64,000 nucleotides of DNA, taken from NCBI GenBank assembly GCA_038247415.1, contig JBBRUX010000001.1, positions 32,001 to 96,000 on the forward strand, written 5' to 3'. Every line of letters begins with the position of its first letter. The first letter of the stretch is position 1. Of this stretch, positions 47,676 through 62,160 are shown one piece after another. Made by a program: the position numbers and the translations under genes. Source of the DNA: Chitinivibrionales bacterium. GTDB taxonomy: Bacteria; Fibrobacterota; Chitinivibrionia; Chitinivibrionales; WJKA01. The notes beneath the pieces were generated by a model. That model was given only the letters and a program-made list of their open reading frames with translations, did no database searches and was not told the origin of the DNA.

Positions 47676-50207
47676 TTATCGATTTGAGATATCGATTTTC
47701 ACTTGAGGGACATGCCAGATATCACGATTATATTCAGCAATAGTTCTATCGGAGGAAAACTTGCCCATGTTTGCTACATTCTTGATTGCCATGGAAGTCC
47801 ACAGTGCCTGATCCTTGTAGGTTTGCGAAACCTTGTTCTGACACTCGAGATAAGATGCAAAATCTGCCATGATCATATACCGATCCCCACCGTCAAGCAG
47901 TGTATTATACAGCGGCATAAAAAGCCCAGGCTGATCAAGGTCAAAATAACCGCCTCTGATCATATCCATCACCTGACGCAGCTCTTCGCACTGACGATAA
48001 TAATTCCATGGATGATACCCGCTGCGACGCAGATTTTCTACTTCATTGGTTCGCAAACCAAAAATAAACATATTCTCTTCGCCCACTTCTTCGGATATTT
48101 CGATATTTGCACCATCCATGGTTCCAATGGTAAGGGCTCCATTAAGCGCAAATTTCATATTCCCTGTTCCCGAGGCTTCGGTGCCGGCGGTAGAAATCTG
48201 CTCCGACAAATCTGCTGCGGGAATAACATATTCGGCAAGCGATACACGATAATTGCCAAGGAAATGAACGCGCAAAGCATCTGATGTCTTTTTATCATGG
48301 TTGACAATTTCGGCTATATTATTGATAAACTTTATGATAAGCTTAGCCATATAATAACCAGGGGCAGCTTTTCCGCCAAAGAGAACAACACGCGGTACAG
48401 GGTTGACTATTTTGCCACTTCGGATTCCATTGTAGAGAGAAATCACATGAAGCGCATTCAAAAGCTGGCGTTTATATTCGTGAATACGTTTAACCTGAAC
48501 ATCATAGAGGAAATCGATAGGAACATCAACTCCCTGCCACTCCTTAAGTTTTAGCGCGAACGACTTTTTGGCAGATACTTTTGCCATCTGCCACTGCTTT
48601 TGAAGCGATGGATCTGACGCATGAGGCGCAAGGGTGGAAAGCTTTCCAAGATCGGAAACCCACTCTCCCCCAACCGTTGTGGTGATAAGAGTCGATAGTG
48701 CCGGATTTGCTTTATAAAGCCATCGACGTGGTGTTATACCATTTGTCTTATTATTGAAACGAGTTGGCCACATATCACAAAAATCTTTAAACAATCCGCT
48801 TATGAGAAGCTCGGTATGAAGGGCAGCAACTCCATTTACAGAATGAGACCCAACAATCGCAAGATGCGCCATACGTACCTGCGGCTCGGGGCCTTCTTCG
48901 ATAAACGACATACGTCGAAGGCGGTCGGTATCGCCAGGGAATCTTCTGATAACTTCATCGAGAAAATCTTTATTGATTTCGTAAATAATTTCCATATGAC
49001 GTGGTAACAAATTGGTCATGAGGGAAACAGACCATTTTTCGAGGGCCTCTGGCATGAGAGTATGATTTGTATACGCAAATGTTTTTCGGACTATATCCCA
49101 GGCTTCATCCCACCCAAGATTGTGTTCGTCAACCAGAAGTCGCATAAGTTCTGCAATGGAAATTGCAGGATGGGTATCGTTGAGTTGTATTGCAACTTTT
49201 TCGGAAAATTCTGCGAAGGTCTCGTTATGTGCACGATAGCGACGAATAATATCCTGAAGGGAAGCCGAAGTAAAAAAGTGCTGTTGCTTGAGGCGAAGTT
49301 CCTTACCCGAATGATTTGAGTCGTTTGGATAGAGAACCTTGCTGATATTCTCGCTCATCATCTTGCTATGACAAGCTCCAATGTAATCGCCGCTATTAAA
49401 ATTGTCGAGATTGAATTCAAGGGCAGAACGAGAAGCCCACAGTCGCAAGGTGTTAACGGTATTATTATGAAATCCGGGAACAGGAGTATCGTAGGGTATT
49501 GCTAATACAGTATCGGTATCAACCCACTGGGTTGGGTTTTTTGAAGTAGGCCCGGCAGTTCGATGAGTTTTTCCATAAAACTTAATTGCGATACGATATT
49601 CTGGACGCTCTATTTCCCACGGATTGCCAAACTGAAGCCACTCTTCTGGCAATTCTCGCTGAGCGCCATTTTGAATCTGCTGCTTAAAAATACCAAATTC
49701 GTATCGAATACCATACCCAATGGCAGGAAGCTCAAGGGTTGCCATCGAATCGAGAAAACAGGCAGCCAAGCGACCAAGACCACCATTACCAAGCCCAGCA
49801 TCAGGTTCACTATCGCGAATTTGCTCATAATCGAGGCCTAGCTTTTTCATGGCTTTAGTGCACTCTTCGTTCAGATCGAGATTAAGCACATTATCCGCAA
49901 GCAGCCGACCCAAAAGAAATTCGAGCGAAAGGTAATAAAGCCGCTTGACATTCTGCTTATGATACGTTTGCTGGGTTAATATCCACCGCTCAATAAGGCG
50001 CTCGCGTATTGTATACGCAAGACTTAGGAACTGGTCGTGTTGGGTGAGAGTATATTCGTCTTTTGCGATATTATATTCGAGATTATTAAGAAAACCGCGC
50101 CAAATATCCTTTTCTTTCATTCCTTTGAAATGTATTGACCAGGGCGATTCTTCGGTGCTGTGATGAATTGGGTTTTTTGATTTCGGGTCCACTTTAGCCT
50201 TATTCAT
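47676..50207 (-). CDS. glgP: Glycogen/starch phosphorylase
   Basis: GLGNGGLGRLAACFLDS, QLNDTHP, KRIHEYKRQ, EASGTGNMK. Confidence 0.98.
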   Translation of the reverse strand: MNKAKVDPKSKNPIHHSTEESPWSIHFKGMKEKDIWRGFLNNLEYNIAKDEYTLTQHDQFLSLAYTIRERLIERWILTQQTYHKQNVKRLYYLSLEFLLGRLLADNVLNLDLNEECTKAMKKLGLDYEQIRDSEPDAGLGNGGLGRLAACFLDSMATLELPAIGYGIRYEFGIFKQQIQNGAQRELPEEWLQFGNPWEIERPEYRIAIKFYGKTHRTAGPTSKNPTQWVDTDTVLAIPYDTPVPGFHNNTVNTLRLWASRSALEFNLDNFNSGDYIGACHSKMMSENISKVLYPNDSNHSGKELRLKQQHFFTSASLQDIIRRYRAHNETFAEFSEKVAIQLNDTHPAISIAELMRLLVDEHNLGWDEAWDIVRKTFAYTNHTLMPEALEKWSVSLMTNLLPRHMEIIYEINKDFLDEVIRRFPGDTDRLRRMSFIEEGPEPQVRMAHLAIVGSHSVNGVAALHTELLISGLFKDFCDMWPTRFNNKTNGITPRRWLYKANPALSTLITTTVGGEWVSDLGKLSTLAPHASDPSLQKQWQMAKVSAKKSFALKLKEWQGVDVPIDFLYDVQVKRIHEYKRQLLNALHVISLYNGIRSGKIVNPVPRVVLFGGKAAPGYYMAKLIIKFINNIAEIVNHDKKTSDALRVHFLGNYRVSLAEYVIPAADLSEQISTAGTEASGTGNMKFALNGALTIGTMDGANIEISEEVGEENMFIFGLRTNEVENLRRSGYHPWNYYRQCEELRQVMDMIRGGYFDLDQPGLFMPLYNTLLDGGDRYMIMADFASYLECQNKVSQTYKDQALWTSMAIKNVANMGKFSSDRTIAEYNRDIWHVPQVKIDISNR

Positions 50208-50465
50208 GAAGGATCCTTTAGTTTAACGGTATATAAACTGGTCGTTATACATGCATTATTTAATTGACGTATGAAAATTTAACCCTTTAAAAATATATTA
50301 GACCACTCCCGTAAGCCATCAGAATTAAGCAGTCCCGACATCCCGCACCATAAAAGCTTGAGCCACTCAACGCCGCGGGTGTATTTTTAAAACAGTACTA
50401 AAAGTCCCAATTTGCCCTACGACAAGGCAGCATACTCTTCGATTCAAACGAAAGCGACCCGACCT

Positions 50466-51218
50466 ATGACACCTTGGAAATTTATTCTTGTCATTCTTTC
50501 TGGTATTCTGGTAGGCGCACTTGGAACCTTCATTATTTGCACGCAGAAACCCAAAACCTTACCGAGCCAATCGCTGACCAACGTGTCTGAATCTGCCCGA
50601 CTGGTAGAATCTAACCTGAGTCGATTCTCAGACCGATTTCGATCCCAAATGGATGCATTGTGCACAACAGTTGCCCATGATGGCCCTTTTGCTCTTAAAC
50701 TCTTTGTTGAAAACGACCGCAATGCACCAGAAGTATCCGACTTTGCCGGGAAATTTATCGAACCCATGGCAATTGATCTTCTAGAAATAACCGATTCGGC
50801 CTTTGCAATACTTTCGAGCGGTCCTTATGGCGCAGCTCTGGGAACCATAGCCTCCATTATACCTTCATTGGTAGACGATGGGGAAGTACAATGTGTAATC
50901 GACACCATACGGGGACACGAAGTGCTTGCGCTTGAATATCAAAAAAAGGTCTCCATTTCCGATGCGATTGTTCATGTTAGGGGCGGCCTCATTCTCGATG
51001 ATGACTTCCTCGATGCGATACGTCCTTCTTCGGCCATTAAAATTGGCATCAAGCGTGGCAATACCATTTCTGTTCGAAGCCTGGCAAGTCGTTCTGATGC
51101 TGCTATAGACAATGGGAAATTGCAGATCGATAAGAGCATCTACGTTGCCGACACACTTGCACTTCCCTATCGCGGGGTGGGAGCTATACCATGCCTTCTT
51201 ATCCTGACGCGGCAATGA
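50466..51218 (+). CDS. Hypothetical membrane-anchored protein, possibly an isolated Cache-like sensor domain
   Basis: N-terminal TM, helical segment, then DLLEITDS..ILSSG as in periplasmic sensor domains. No second TM or kinase domain. Confidence 0.55.
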   Translation: MTPWKFILVILSGILVGALGTFIICTQKPKTLPSQSLTNVSESARLVESNLSRFSDRFRSQMDALCTTVAHDGPFALKLFVENDRNAPEVSDFAGKFIEPMAIDLLEITDSAFAILSSGPYGAALGTIASIIPSLVDDGEVQCVIDTIRGHEVLALEYQKKVSISDAIVHVRGGLILDDDFLDAIRPSSAIKIGIKRGNTISVRSLASRSDAAIDNGKLQIDKSIYVADTLALPYRGVGAIPCLLILTRQ

Positions 51219-51293
51219 CAGGAACACCTCAAAAAACACCCACAGAGCATCTACTTTATCTCCTGTCAATACTCTATAACGAATAAACACGAT

Positions 51294-52388
51294 ATGTACC
51301 TTCACGATATCATCTTTACCAACTTTCGAACGTATAGTCAGTGCGCACTCACGTTCCCCAAAGAAGGTGCACTCATTTGCGGAGACAATGGCAGCGGGAA
51401 AACCAATCTTCTCGAAGCTATCCATGTTCTGTGCACAGGTCGCTCTCAACGGGGAGCAAAACGGAGCGACATGATTTCCTTTAATTCCGATGTGTTTCGT
51501 ATTGAAGGAACATTCATATCAGATATCGGAAAAAATGAACAAGCGGGAATCGGGGTCTCTCGGGATAACAAAATAGCCTTAAGCCGCAACAACATTCCTG
51601 TTGCATCGCTTGCCAGCTGGTTTGGGCATACCCCGGTTGTGTCATTCTCTCCAGAAGATTTAAACCTTATTTACGGATCCCCTTTATTGCGCCGACAGTT
51701 TTGCGACATGATACTCTGCGCAACGCATCCAGATTACCTGCCAGCGCTCATTGCCTATCGGCATGCCTTACAAAACAGAAATCATTGCTTAACTAACGGA
51801 GCAGACGGTTCTTTACTAGATACGTATGAAGAGCTCATGGCAGCACATGGCTGGACAATTGCACTGTGTCGATTTGATTTGAGCATTTTTCTTAAAGAAC
51901 AATGCGCTGCAAACTATATGCTTATCGCCCCTTTAGACCAAGCTATTTCTATCGATTATAAAAGCTCGCCCAGCAGCGATTTTAGTAGTGCAGGCACGTG
52001 GAAGAATGTATTTTTAACTTCGCTACAAAAGTCTCGATTAAGGGATAGTTCTCTAGGTCAAACTTTTGTTGGACCGCATCGAGACGACCTGATTTGTAGA
52101 CTCGATAATCGACTGATACGAGAATTCGGATCCCAAGGACAATGTCGTTCTTTTGCATTAGCGCTGAGGCTTTCATCGGTGAGATTTCTGAAGGCATCGG
52201 GAATTTCGGCTATGGTTTTTTTAGTAGATGATGCTTTTGCCGAGCTCGATGACGAGCGGGTAAAACGATTATATCCGCTCCTTGTTCAACAAGGGCAATT
52301 ATTTATTGCAACACCCGCCCAAAAACCAGAAGGAATAGACCTTGCTATGCGGCTTAAGGTTTCATCGGGTGAAATTCTTGCACTATGA
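51294..52388 (+). CDS. recF: DNA replication/repair protein RecF
   Basis: NFRTY, GDNGSGKTNLLEA, GPHRDD, GSQGQ, DDAFAELD. Confidence 0.96.
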   Translation: MYLHDIIFTNFRTYSQCALTFPKEGALICGDNGSGKTNLLEAIHVLCTGRSQRGAKRSDMISFNSDVFRIEGTFISDIGKNEQAGIGVSRDNKIALSRNNIPVASLASWFGHTPVVSFSPEDLNLIYGSPLLRRQFCDMILCATHPDYLPALIAYRHALQNRNHCLTNGADGSLLDTYEELMAAHGWTIALCRFDLSIFLKEQCAANYMLIAPLDQAISIDYKSSPSSDFSSAGTWKNVFLTSLQKSRLRDSSLGQTFVGPHRDDLICRLDNRLIREFGSQGQCRSFALALRLSSVRFLKASGISAMVFLVDDAFAELDDERVKRLYPLLVQQGQLFIATPAQKPEGIDLAMRLKVSSGEILAL

Positions 52389-52678
52389 AAGCGAGTTCAC
52401 CACCGTCGCATGTTGGCGATATTGTTGCAGCACTTTTATCTGAACGCGGGTATCTTTCTGTTTGTCAGGAATACCAGGCGGTGCATCGATGGGCAGAAAT
52501 TGTAGGAGATAAGATAGCGCAGCACGCAACCTGTGATCGTGTAGAAGACGGTGTACTGTATGTTCGAGTTGCATCGGCTTCGTGGCGTCAGGAAATTAGC
52601 TATTTGAAACATACCATCCTAGAAACCGTTAAAACAGTTACAGGCTGTAAAACGATTCGGGATATTGTCTTGTATTAA
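52385..52678 (+). CDS. dciA: DciA (DUF721) replicative helicase loader
   Basis: WAEIVG..IAQH, GVLYVRV.SASWRQE; lies between recF and gyrB. Confidence 0.88.
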   Translation: MKASSPPSHVGDIVAALLSERGYLSVCQEYQAVHRWAEIVGDKIAQHATCDRVEDGVLYVRVASASWRQEISYLKHTILETVKTVTGCKTIRDIVLY

Positions 52679-55467
<2,789 letters not shown>

Positions 55468-55475
<8 letters not shown>

Positions 55476-58050
55476 CAGTGAGAAAATCGTCCCGGTTTTT
55501 ATCGAAGATGAAATGCAGAAATCATACCTCGATTATTCGATGAGTATGATCACCTCGCGGGCACTTCCCGATGTACGCGATGGACTCAAACCTGTGCACC
55601 GTCGGGTGCTGTTTGGCATGAGCGAATTAAGCCTTGCTCATAATAAGCCGCCCAAGAAATGCGCACGTGTGGTTGGAGATGTCATCGGTAAATACCATCC
55701 ACATGGCGATGGACCTGTATACGACACACTCGTACGTATGGCACAAGATTTTTCTTTACGATATCGCATGGTGGATGGCCAAGGAAACTTTGGATCAATC
55801 GACGGTGATCCACCCGCTGCAATGCGATATACCGAGTGCCGCATGACATCCATAGCAGAAGAAATGCTCGCCGATCTCGAAAAAGAGACGGTTGACTTTA
55901 TCCCAAACTATGACGATTCCATGATGGAACCATCGGTGCTTCCTGCCCGAGTTCCTTCGCTTCTTATCAATGGCTCAACGGGTATTGCCGTGGGTATGGC
56001 AACAAATATACCTCCGCATAATTTAACAGAAATTATTAATGCAATAGTAGCGGTTATTCAAAACTCAGAAATCACCGCGGAAGAACTTTTTAAAATTGTC
56101 CCCGGCCCCGATTTTCCAACAGGTGGAATTATCTATGGACGAAGTGGAATATGGGATGCTTGTCGAACAGGAAGAGGTAAAGCAGTTGTGCGCGCTCGGG
56201 CTGAAATAGAAAAGCTACCCAACGATCGCGAGCAGATTGCCGTTACCGAAATTCCGTACATGGTTAACAAAACAAGCCTTCTAGAACGCATGGGAGAGCT
56301 TGTTCGCGAAAAAACCATCGAAGGAATTTCATTTATCCGAGACGAATCGGATCGCCGTGGAATGCGCATTGTCATTGGTGTCAAAAAAGACAATTTTGCC
56401 GAAGTGGTTCTTAATCAGTTGTATAAATTTACATCTATGCAATCGACATTTGGCATTACCAATCTTGCTCTCGTCAATAAACGGCCCAAACTTTTAAATC
56501 TTAAAGATATTATCCTTCACTTTTTGGAGCATCGTCATGTTGTTGTGGTGCGCAGGACTCAATTCGAGCTTCGCAAAGCACAGGAACGTGCACACATACT
56601 CGAAGGCCTTAAAATTGCCCTGGATAATATCGATGAAATAATTCAGCTTATTAAATCGTCACCCTCTGCCGATGAAGCTCTTATTAAGCTCCGTACGCGT
56701 TTTGGCCTTTCTGAAATTCAAGCCAAAGCAATTCTTGACATGCGCCTCCAGAGACTTACGGGCTTGGAACGCGACAAGCTTGAAGCCGAATATCAGGAAT
56801 TAATGAAAATCATCGAACGCCTTAATGCACTTTTAGCCGATCGCAGTTTGCGCATGGAAGTGATAACAGGCGAACTTGTTGACATTAGAGATCGCTTTGG
56901 TGACGAACGTCGAACCGAAATTGTGGATGCCGAAGGCGATGTTGACATCGAAGATATGATTGCCGACGAAGACGTAGTTATTACCATGAGCCATAGCGGA
57001 TATATCAAACGAACACCGGTGAACACCTATCGGTCACAAGGTCGTGGGGGTCGCGGCATAAAAGGCATGGATTCTAAAGATGATGATTTTGTTCAGAACC
57101 TTTTTATTGCATCTACTCACTCCTACATTCTCTTTTTTACATCCATTGGCAGATGTTATTGGTTGAAAGTGTATCGAATTCCCGAGGCTGGACGTAACGG
57201 TCGGGGAAAAGCTATTATCAATTTGCTTCAACTTAAGCCGGACGAAAAAATAGCTGCCTTTGTTCCTGTGAAAGAATTTAACGATACTTCCTTTATTATA
57301 ACAGCTACTCGCATGGGTGTTATAAACAAGCAACCGCTTAAGGCATATTCAAATATTCGACGGGATGGTGTCAATGCCTTTAATCTGGACGAAGGCGATG
57401 CAGTTATCGAATGCAAACTAACATCCGCTAATGATGATATTATTCTTGCAACGCGTGATGGTCAAGCAGTTCGTTTCCACGAAAGTGCGACACGAGAACT
57501 AGGCCGCAACACGCGCGGTATGAAGGGCATTACCCTTAAAGGCGCAGATATTGTTGTTGGTATGATAGTAGTCCAAGAAGATGGCAACGTTCTCACCGTC
57601 ACCGAAAATGGCTATGGTAAAATCACCCCCGTTGCCGATTACCGCAGAACAAACCGCGGCGGGCTTGGCATTATCAATATTAAATGCTCCGAACGCAATG
57701 GTGCGGTTGTTGCAGTGCGCGAAGTTCGGCCAGAATGCGATGTTATGATCATTACACGTAATGGCATTATCATCCGCAGCGATGTAAGCAGAATATCGGT
57801 TGTGGGAAGAAATACGCAGGGAGTTAAGCTTATTAGCCTTGACGAAACCGATAAGGTTATCGACTGTGCGCTCTGCGACAAAGATGACTCTAAACCCGAT
57901 GAAGAAGAAGGCATAGGTGCTGCCGAACTCCCTGATACCTCAAGCGCAAGTAGTGCAGATATTGTAGAGGGCGCAGAGGTAACCGATGATTCAAGTCAGA
58001 AGGAACAAGAAGGTGCAGAATCTTCTGAGGCTTCCACCGAAGAAGAGTAA
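55468..58050 (+). CDS. gyrA: DNA gyrase subunit A
   Basis: RALPDVRDGLKPV, YHPHGD, AAMRYTE, GyrA-box QGRGGRG, acidic tail. Confidence 0.98.
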
Positions 58051-58070
58051 TTTCCTAAGTAGCACTCATA

Positions 58071-58109
58071 AAAAAGTCCCGTGCATTCTCTCGAATGCAC
58101 GGGACTTTT
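58071..58109. terminator. Bidirectional terminator between gyrA and the SLBB gene
   Basis: AAAAGTCCCGTGCATTC-tctc-GAATGCACGGGACTTTT. Confidence 0.9.
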
Positions 58110-58124
58110 CTTTTATTTCGAATT

Positions 58125-60650
58125 CTAATTCTTAGCTTGATTAATAGTAATTACCAGCGTAGCCACGATAGCAAGAACCGATGCAATTTTGAATACAGCT
58201 TCAACCGAATCCATAAATGTTTTAAAATTATTCTTGAATTGAATTCGTTGAGGAACAACAAGAACGTCCCCGGGATTAAGCCTGGTTCCCAACACGCGCA
58301 CATTATGATTGGTAATTATTCCACCATTCGCTCTAAAAATGTAAATGTTTTTCTTATCGGCAGTTGTCGTTACGCCCCCTGTTAAATCTAGAAAATGTTG
58401 AGCATCGCAATTGTCGGGTTCGTACTTAAAGGTAGAGGGATTATATACTTCTCCAATTACAGAAACCGTTCCGGCCAGTTTGGGAACATACAACACATCC
58501 CCTTCTTCTAAATTAAGATTTTGAAAACTTTGAGGATTCGTGAGGTCGATGACTATCCGTCCGGTTGGCGCTGTTGTTTTGAGCTTTTCAAGCATCATCT
58601 GCTGCTGCTCTAAAAGCTGTTGAGCATCGCCAACTTGTTGATTTTTAGCAGCCATTTCGGTTGTCATACGTACTGCATCGAGCTGCAATTTTGAAACGTA
58701 TTCGTCAACACGCTTAATCTCAAGTTCCTGTACCGAGGGCCGGGTAAGGATTGCTGCTGGCAAATAGGCATCGTCCGCAAATCCACCGCCTCGTTTTATA
58801 AGATCTCCTAAATTTTCGCCTTCTAAGATTACATAGGTACCAGGATACGTAAAAGCACCTTTGAGGACAATTTTTTTCTGCTCTTGCCAACCTTTTTTAG
58901 AGCGGATAAAAACATTATCCATTTTCTTGAGCTCCAGATTATCCTTCTCGCTATTAGCGATGGCACATTGAACGCAAAAATCTATTTTTTCGGTAATAAC
59001 TTTTTCGCCTTGAAAGTTACGACGATACAATTCCCCTCTTTCGGGGCTTGCATCATCACGCAATCCTCCGGCGCTAATGATAAGATCTCGCACAGTCATA
59101 TTCTCAAGCAACGGCCATTGACCAGGACTATTAATGGCCCCATCGATAGTTACGCGCCTATCGGGCTCGAAAAAATCTCTATTATATATAATGACTTCAT
59201 CCTGAGGGATTAAAGCAAAGTTATCGGTGGAAGCCTTATTGTCAAGAGCAAGGCGCAAATTAAAGGGAATAATCGACTCGCGAAAATCGGGCGCCAATTG
59301 ACGACGGATAGTTGCATACCCAAAGTAGGTTTCTGACTGTAATCCTTCGTAACCTCCCACGATGTCAAAAATCTTCATTCCTTCTTTGAATTCGTATTTC
59401 CCTGGTCTCACTACATTTCCTGTTAAATAAACAGCATTCTTATCTTTGATCAGTACCGGAAAAATCTTGACTATATCGGCATCAAAAACTGGCGTCTCGG
59501 GAAGATCTTTCGCCGACTCAAGATTCAAATCGAGCACCATTTGATACTGATTTTCGGCAAACCGTTCAATCTGAATTCTATTCACCCATCCCGCTGCAGT
59601 AATCCCCCCTGCCAAGCCAATAAGTTCTTTGAGTGTTGTTTTTGGCTTAAGCTCATAGAGCGCACTTCTACGCACACCACCTGCGATAGCCGCCATATTT
59701 TTAATAACCCCCACCGAAATAACATCACCCGATTTTAGCCGGATATCGCTGAAGTTATTGCCATTCATAAGGAAATCATAAAAGTCGACATTGGCCAGTA
59801 CTGCGCCATTTCTCTTGACAACAATAGTACGAAGCGATCCATTAATGGTAGGTCCGCCTGCAGCAAACAGAGCATTAGTAACATTGGTGAGTGCCCCAAC
59901 CGTATAAAGCCCGGGCGATTTAACTTCGCCAACAACATAAATCTGCATAGAACGCAGGTCTCCCATAGTAACGGATGCCTGCACACCTTCGATAGCCTGG
60001 ACACGATCGAGAATTGTCTTTTGCATTGCACTAAAGGGGAGACCAGAAACAGGAATGAGCCCTAAATGAGGGATATTAATTTTTCCGTCGCGGTCAACCT
60101 TAACCCGATATTCTTCATTCATGCGACCCCAGAGCGTAACAATAATTTCATCGCTCACCGATACCACATACGCCGTAGGAACAGAAACATCATTTGAGGG
60201 AGAAAACGTTGACGGTGCAAGCTTTTCAAAGACATCGTAGCCAAACACTTTGATTGTTTTAAGAATGCTATCTGGGTTTACAATATCACCGCGAATAATA
60301 CTTTGATACGTAGACAGTGTTTGAGATGAGGGCGCTTTAGTCGAATCTTTCATCTCCAGCATTTTCTTGTCTAGTGAATCTGATTCGGCTATTGTTTTGC
60401 GGCTGACTAGAGCCGATGATGACTTGTTTTGATTTGCAGAACCAGAACGCGCAGCATAATCGGAGTAGGCCTTTGCCATTGCTGGATCGGAGGACCCTTG
60501 ATTGTGCTGAGCAAGATAGCGCTTCACCATCTCATTAGAAGGTGCTGTTTGCGCACGGGATGCGCTACTACTCGCAACAATAAGCACGCCTGCAAAAAGC
60601 ACTGTTTTAATGTACCGCTGTTGTGATCTTACCTGTTCGAATACGCTCAT
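58125..60650 (-). CDS. Large multi-SLBB polysaccharide export protein (KpsD/Wza-like)
   Basis: FGYDVF, VDRDGKI.IP, repeated GEV..PG.Y / AGG SLBB units, C-terminal helix. Confidence 0.9.
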   Translation of the reverse strand: MSVFEQVRSQQRYIKTVLFAGVLIVASSSASRAQTAPSNEMVKRYLAQHNQGSSDPAMAKAYSDYAARSGSANQNKSSSALVSRKTIAESDSLDKKMLEMKDSTKAPSSQTLSTYQSIIRGDIVNPDSILKTIKVFGYDVFEKLAPSTFSPSNDVSVPTAYVVSVSDEIIVTLWGRMNEEYRVKVDRDGKINIPHLGLIPVSGLPFSAMQKTILDRVQAIEGVQASVTMGDLRSMQIYVVGEVKSPGLYTVGALTNVTNALFAAGGPTINGSLRTIVVKRNGAVLANVDFYDFLMNGNNFSDIRLKSGDVISVGVIKNMAAIAGGVRRSALYELKPKTTLKELIGLAGGITAAGWVNRIQIERFAENQYQMVLDLNLESAKDLPETPVFDADIVKIFPVLIKDKNAVYLTGNVVRPGKYEFKEGMKIFDIVGGYEGLQSETYFGYATIRRQLAPDFRESIIPFNLRLALDNKASTDNFALIPQDEVIIYNRDFFEPDRRVTIDGAINSPGQWPLLENMTVRDLIISAGGLRDDASPERGELYRRNFQGEKVITEKIDFCVQCAIANSEKDNLELKKMDNVFIRSKKGWQEQKKIVLKGAFTYPGTYVILEGENLGDLIKRGGGFADDAYLPAAILTRPSVQELEIKRVDEYVSKLQLDAVRMTTEMAAKNQQVGDAQQLLEQQQMMLEKLKTTAPTGRIVIDLTNPQSFQNLNLEEGDVLYVPKLAGTVSVIGEVYNPSTFKYEPDNCDAQHFLDLTGGVTTTADKKNIYIFRANGGIITNHNVRVLGTRLNPGDVLVVPQRIQFKNNFKTFMDSVEAVFKIASVLAIVATLVITINQAKN

Positions 60651-61348
60651 GATACCCCAATCCCCCATGCTTTTGGTTTAGCCAATCGTTCACTTCCGCA
60701 AACAAGACGACCTTTGTCCATAACAAGATGACGATAATGATGTTGACGAACAATAGAAAGATCATGCGTAGACATGATTACTGTTGTTCCCCAGCTATTA
60801 ATAGTTTTTAAAAGTGACAAAATCTCCTGCGACAAAGCGCTATCGAGATTTCCTGTGGGTTCATCGGCCATAACCACCCACGGGTCGTTGACAATAGAGC
60901 GTGCTATGCAAACACGTTGCTGCTCCCCGCCAGAAAGCTGCGCCGGGTAATACGATCGTTTATGCGACAAGCCCGTTTGAGCCAGAACCTCAAAAACCTT
61001 ACGCTTCACAACGCGATCGTGTTCCCCCGTAACTCGCAGAGGAAATGCAACATTTTCAAAGACATCTCGATCGGAAAGAAGCTTGAAATCCTGAAACACA
61101 ATGCCAAGTTTTCGCCGCAAAAAAGGAATATGCCGTGGCCGCACATAGCGAGATTCGGTTCCACAGGCAACAACCTGCCCGCTTGTTGGCTTTTCTTCCA
61201 TGTAAATATGTTTAAGTAAGGTAGTTTTTCCGGCGCCACTAGCTCCCGTTAAAAAAACAAACTCGCCTTTGTCAATAAAAAAAGAGACATCGTCAAGTGC
61301 TGTAAATTTTCCATCGTAGATTTTACTGACGTGCGAAAATTGAATCAT
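60647..61348 (-). CDS. ftsE: Cell division ATP-binding protein FtsE
   Basis: GEFVFLTGASGAGKTT, IPFLRRKLGIVFQDFKLL, LSGGEQQRV, ADEPTGNLD. Confidence 0.92.
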   Translation of the reverse strand: MIQFSHVSKIYDGKFTALDDVSFFIDKGEFVFLTGASGAGKTTLLKHIYMEEKPTSGQVVACGTESRYVRPRHIPFLRRKLGIVFQDFKLLSDRDVFENVAFPLRVTGEHDRVVKRKVFEVLAQTGLSHKRSYYPAQLSGGEQQRVCIARSIVNDPWVVMADEPTGNLDSALSQEILSLLKTINSWGTTVIMSTHDLSIVRQHHYRHLVMDKGRLVCGSERLAKPKAWGIGVS

Positions 61349-62139
61349 GGCTTATTTTTTTTCCGCACAACAAAATGAACACGCTCGGAATTACTATTAC
61401 ATGGCTTCATGGTATATCCATCAAACACACCCAAAACCTCAAACAGCGCAGGATCCAGAGTCGACTCTATATGCCGAATGTCAAAAACATGCTGGATGTG
61501 ATGTTCATCGAAACGCTCATAGGTATTGGTATTTTCTATTTTCTTGAATATAGAAAATTCGTTGTGTTGTGTTGCATCAGGTTTTCTAAAATAGCTATGG
61601 CGTATATAATAAAAATCGCCGTAATCTTCGTAATCGAGAAAATCGTCGAAATTTTTTTGAGAATTTACCGCAGTCGTAACATCGAATATAAAAACAGCCC
61701 CGGGTTTTAATATCGCATATATTTTGGCAAACATCCGTTGGTATTCATCGAGCGATTGCAAATAATTTATGCCATCATACAAAAACAAGATTACGTCAAA
61801 CTCACCGATAAACGCTGGATTTAGAGCATCGACACACACGATGGGAACACCACGAGACTTGGCCACCTGACACATTGACAAAGACAAGTCTGAACCAAGA
61901 TACCGATACTGCTTAGCAACTAAATGGGAACCAAGTAGACCCGTGCCGCATCCAAGTTCCAAAATACGTGGGTCACGACAAGCGCCAAATCGGCGATTGA
62001 TATTTTCGATATGCGCCGACCAACCAGCATAATCTACATGCCGCATTATACGATCATAGATACATGCTAATGATTGATATTCACAACCATTGCTTGATTG
62101 TTTGCATGCCAAACGCTCTGACATAGGACGAACAGCCAT
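61345..62139 (-). CDS. Class I SAM-dependent methyltransferase
   Basis: YD.IM..VDY..W, LELGCGTG, DLS.SM, DGINYL, LKPG.VFIFD. Confidence 0.9.
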   Translation of the reverse strand: MAVRPMSERLACKQSSNGCEYQSLACIYDRIMRHVDYAGWSAHIENINRRFGACRDPRILELGCGTGLLGSHLVAKQYRYLGSDLSLSMCQVAKSRGVPIVCVDALNPAFIGEFDVILFLYDGINYLQSLDEYQRMFAKIYAILKPGAVFIFDVTTAVNSQKNFDDFLDYEDYGDFYYIRHSYFRKPDATQHNEFSIFKKIENTNTYERFDEHHIQHVFDIRHIESTLDPALFEVLGVFDGYTMKPCNSNSERVHFVVRKKNKP

Positions 62140-62160
62140 GATTTTCCTGACAGAGAAACA

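Noticed and set aside
47703..48284. Long antisense ORFs (e.g. opposite glgP, fliG, gyrB)
   Set aside because: They are shadow frames of highly conserved genes with no independent coding signal.
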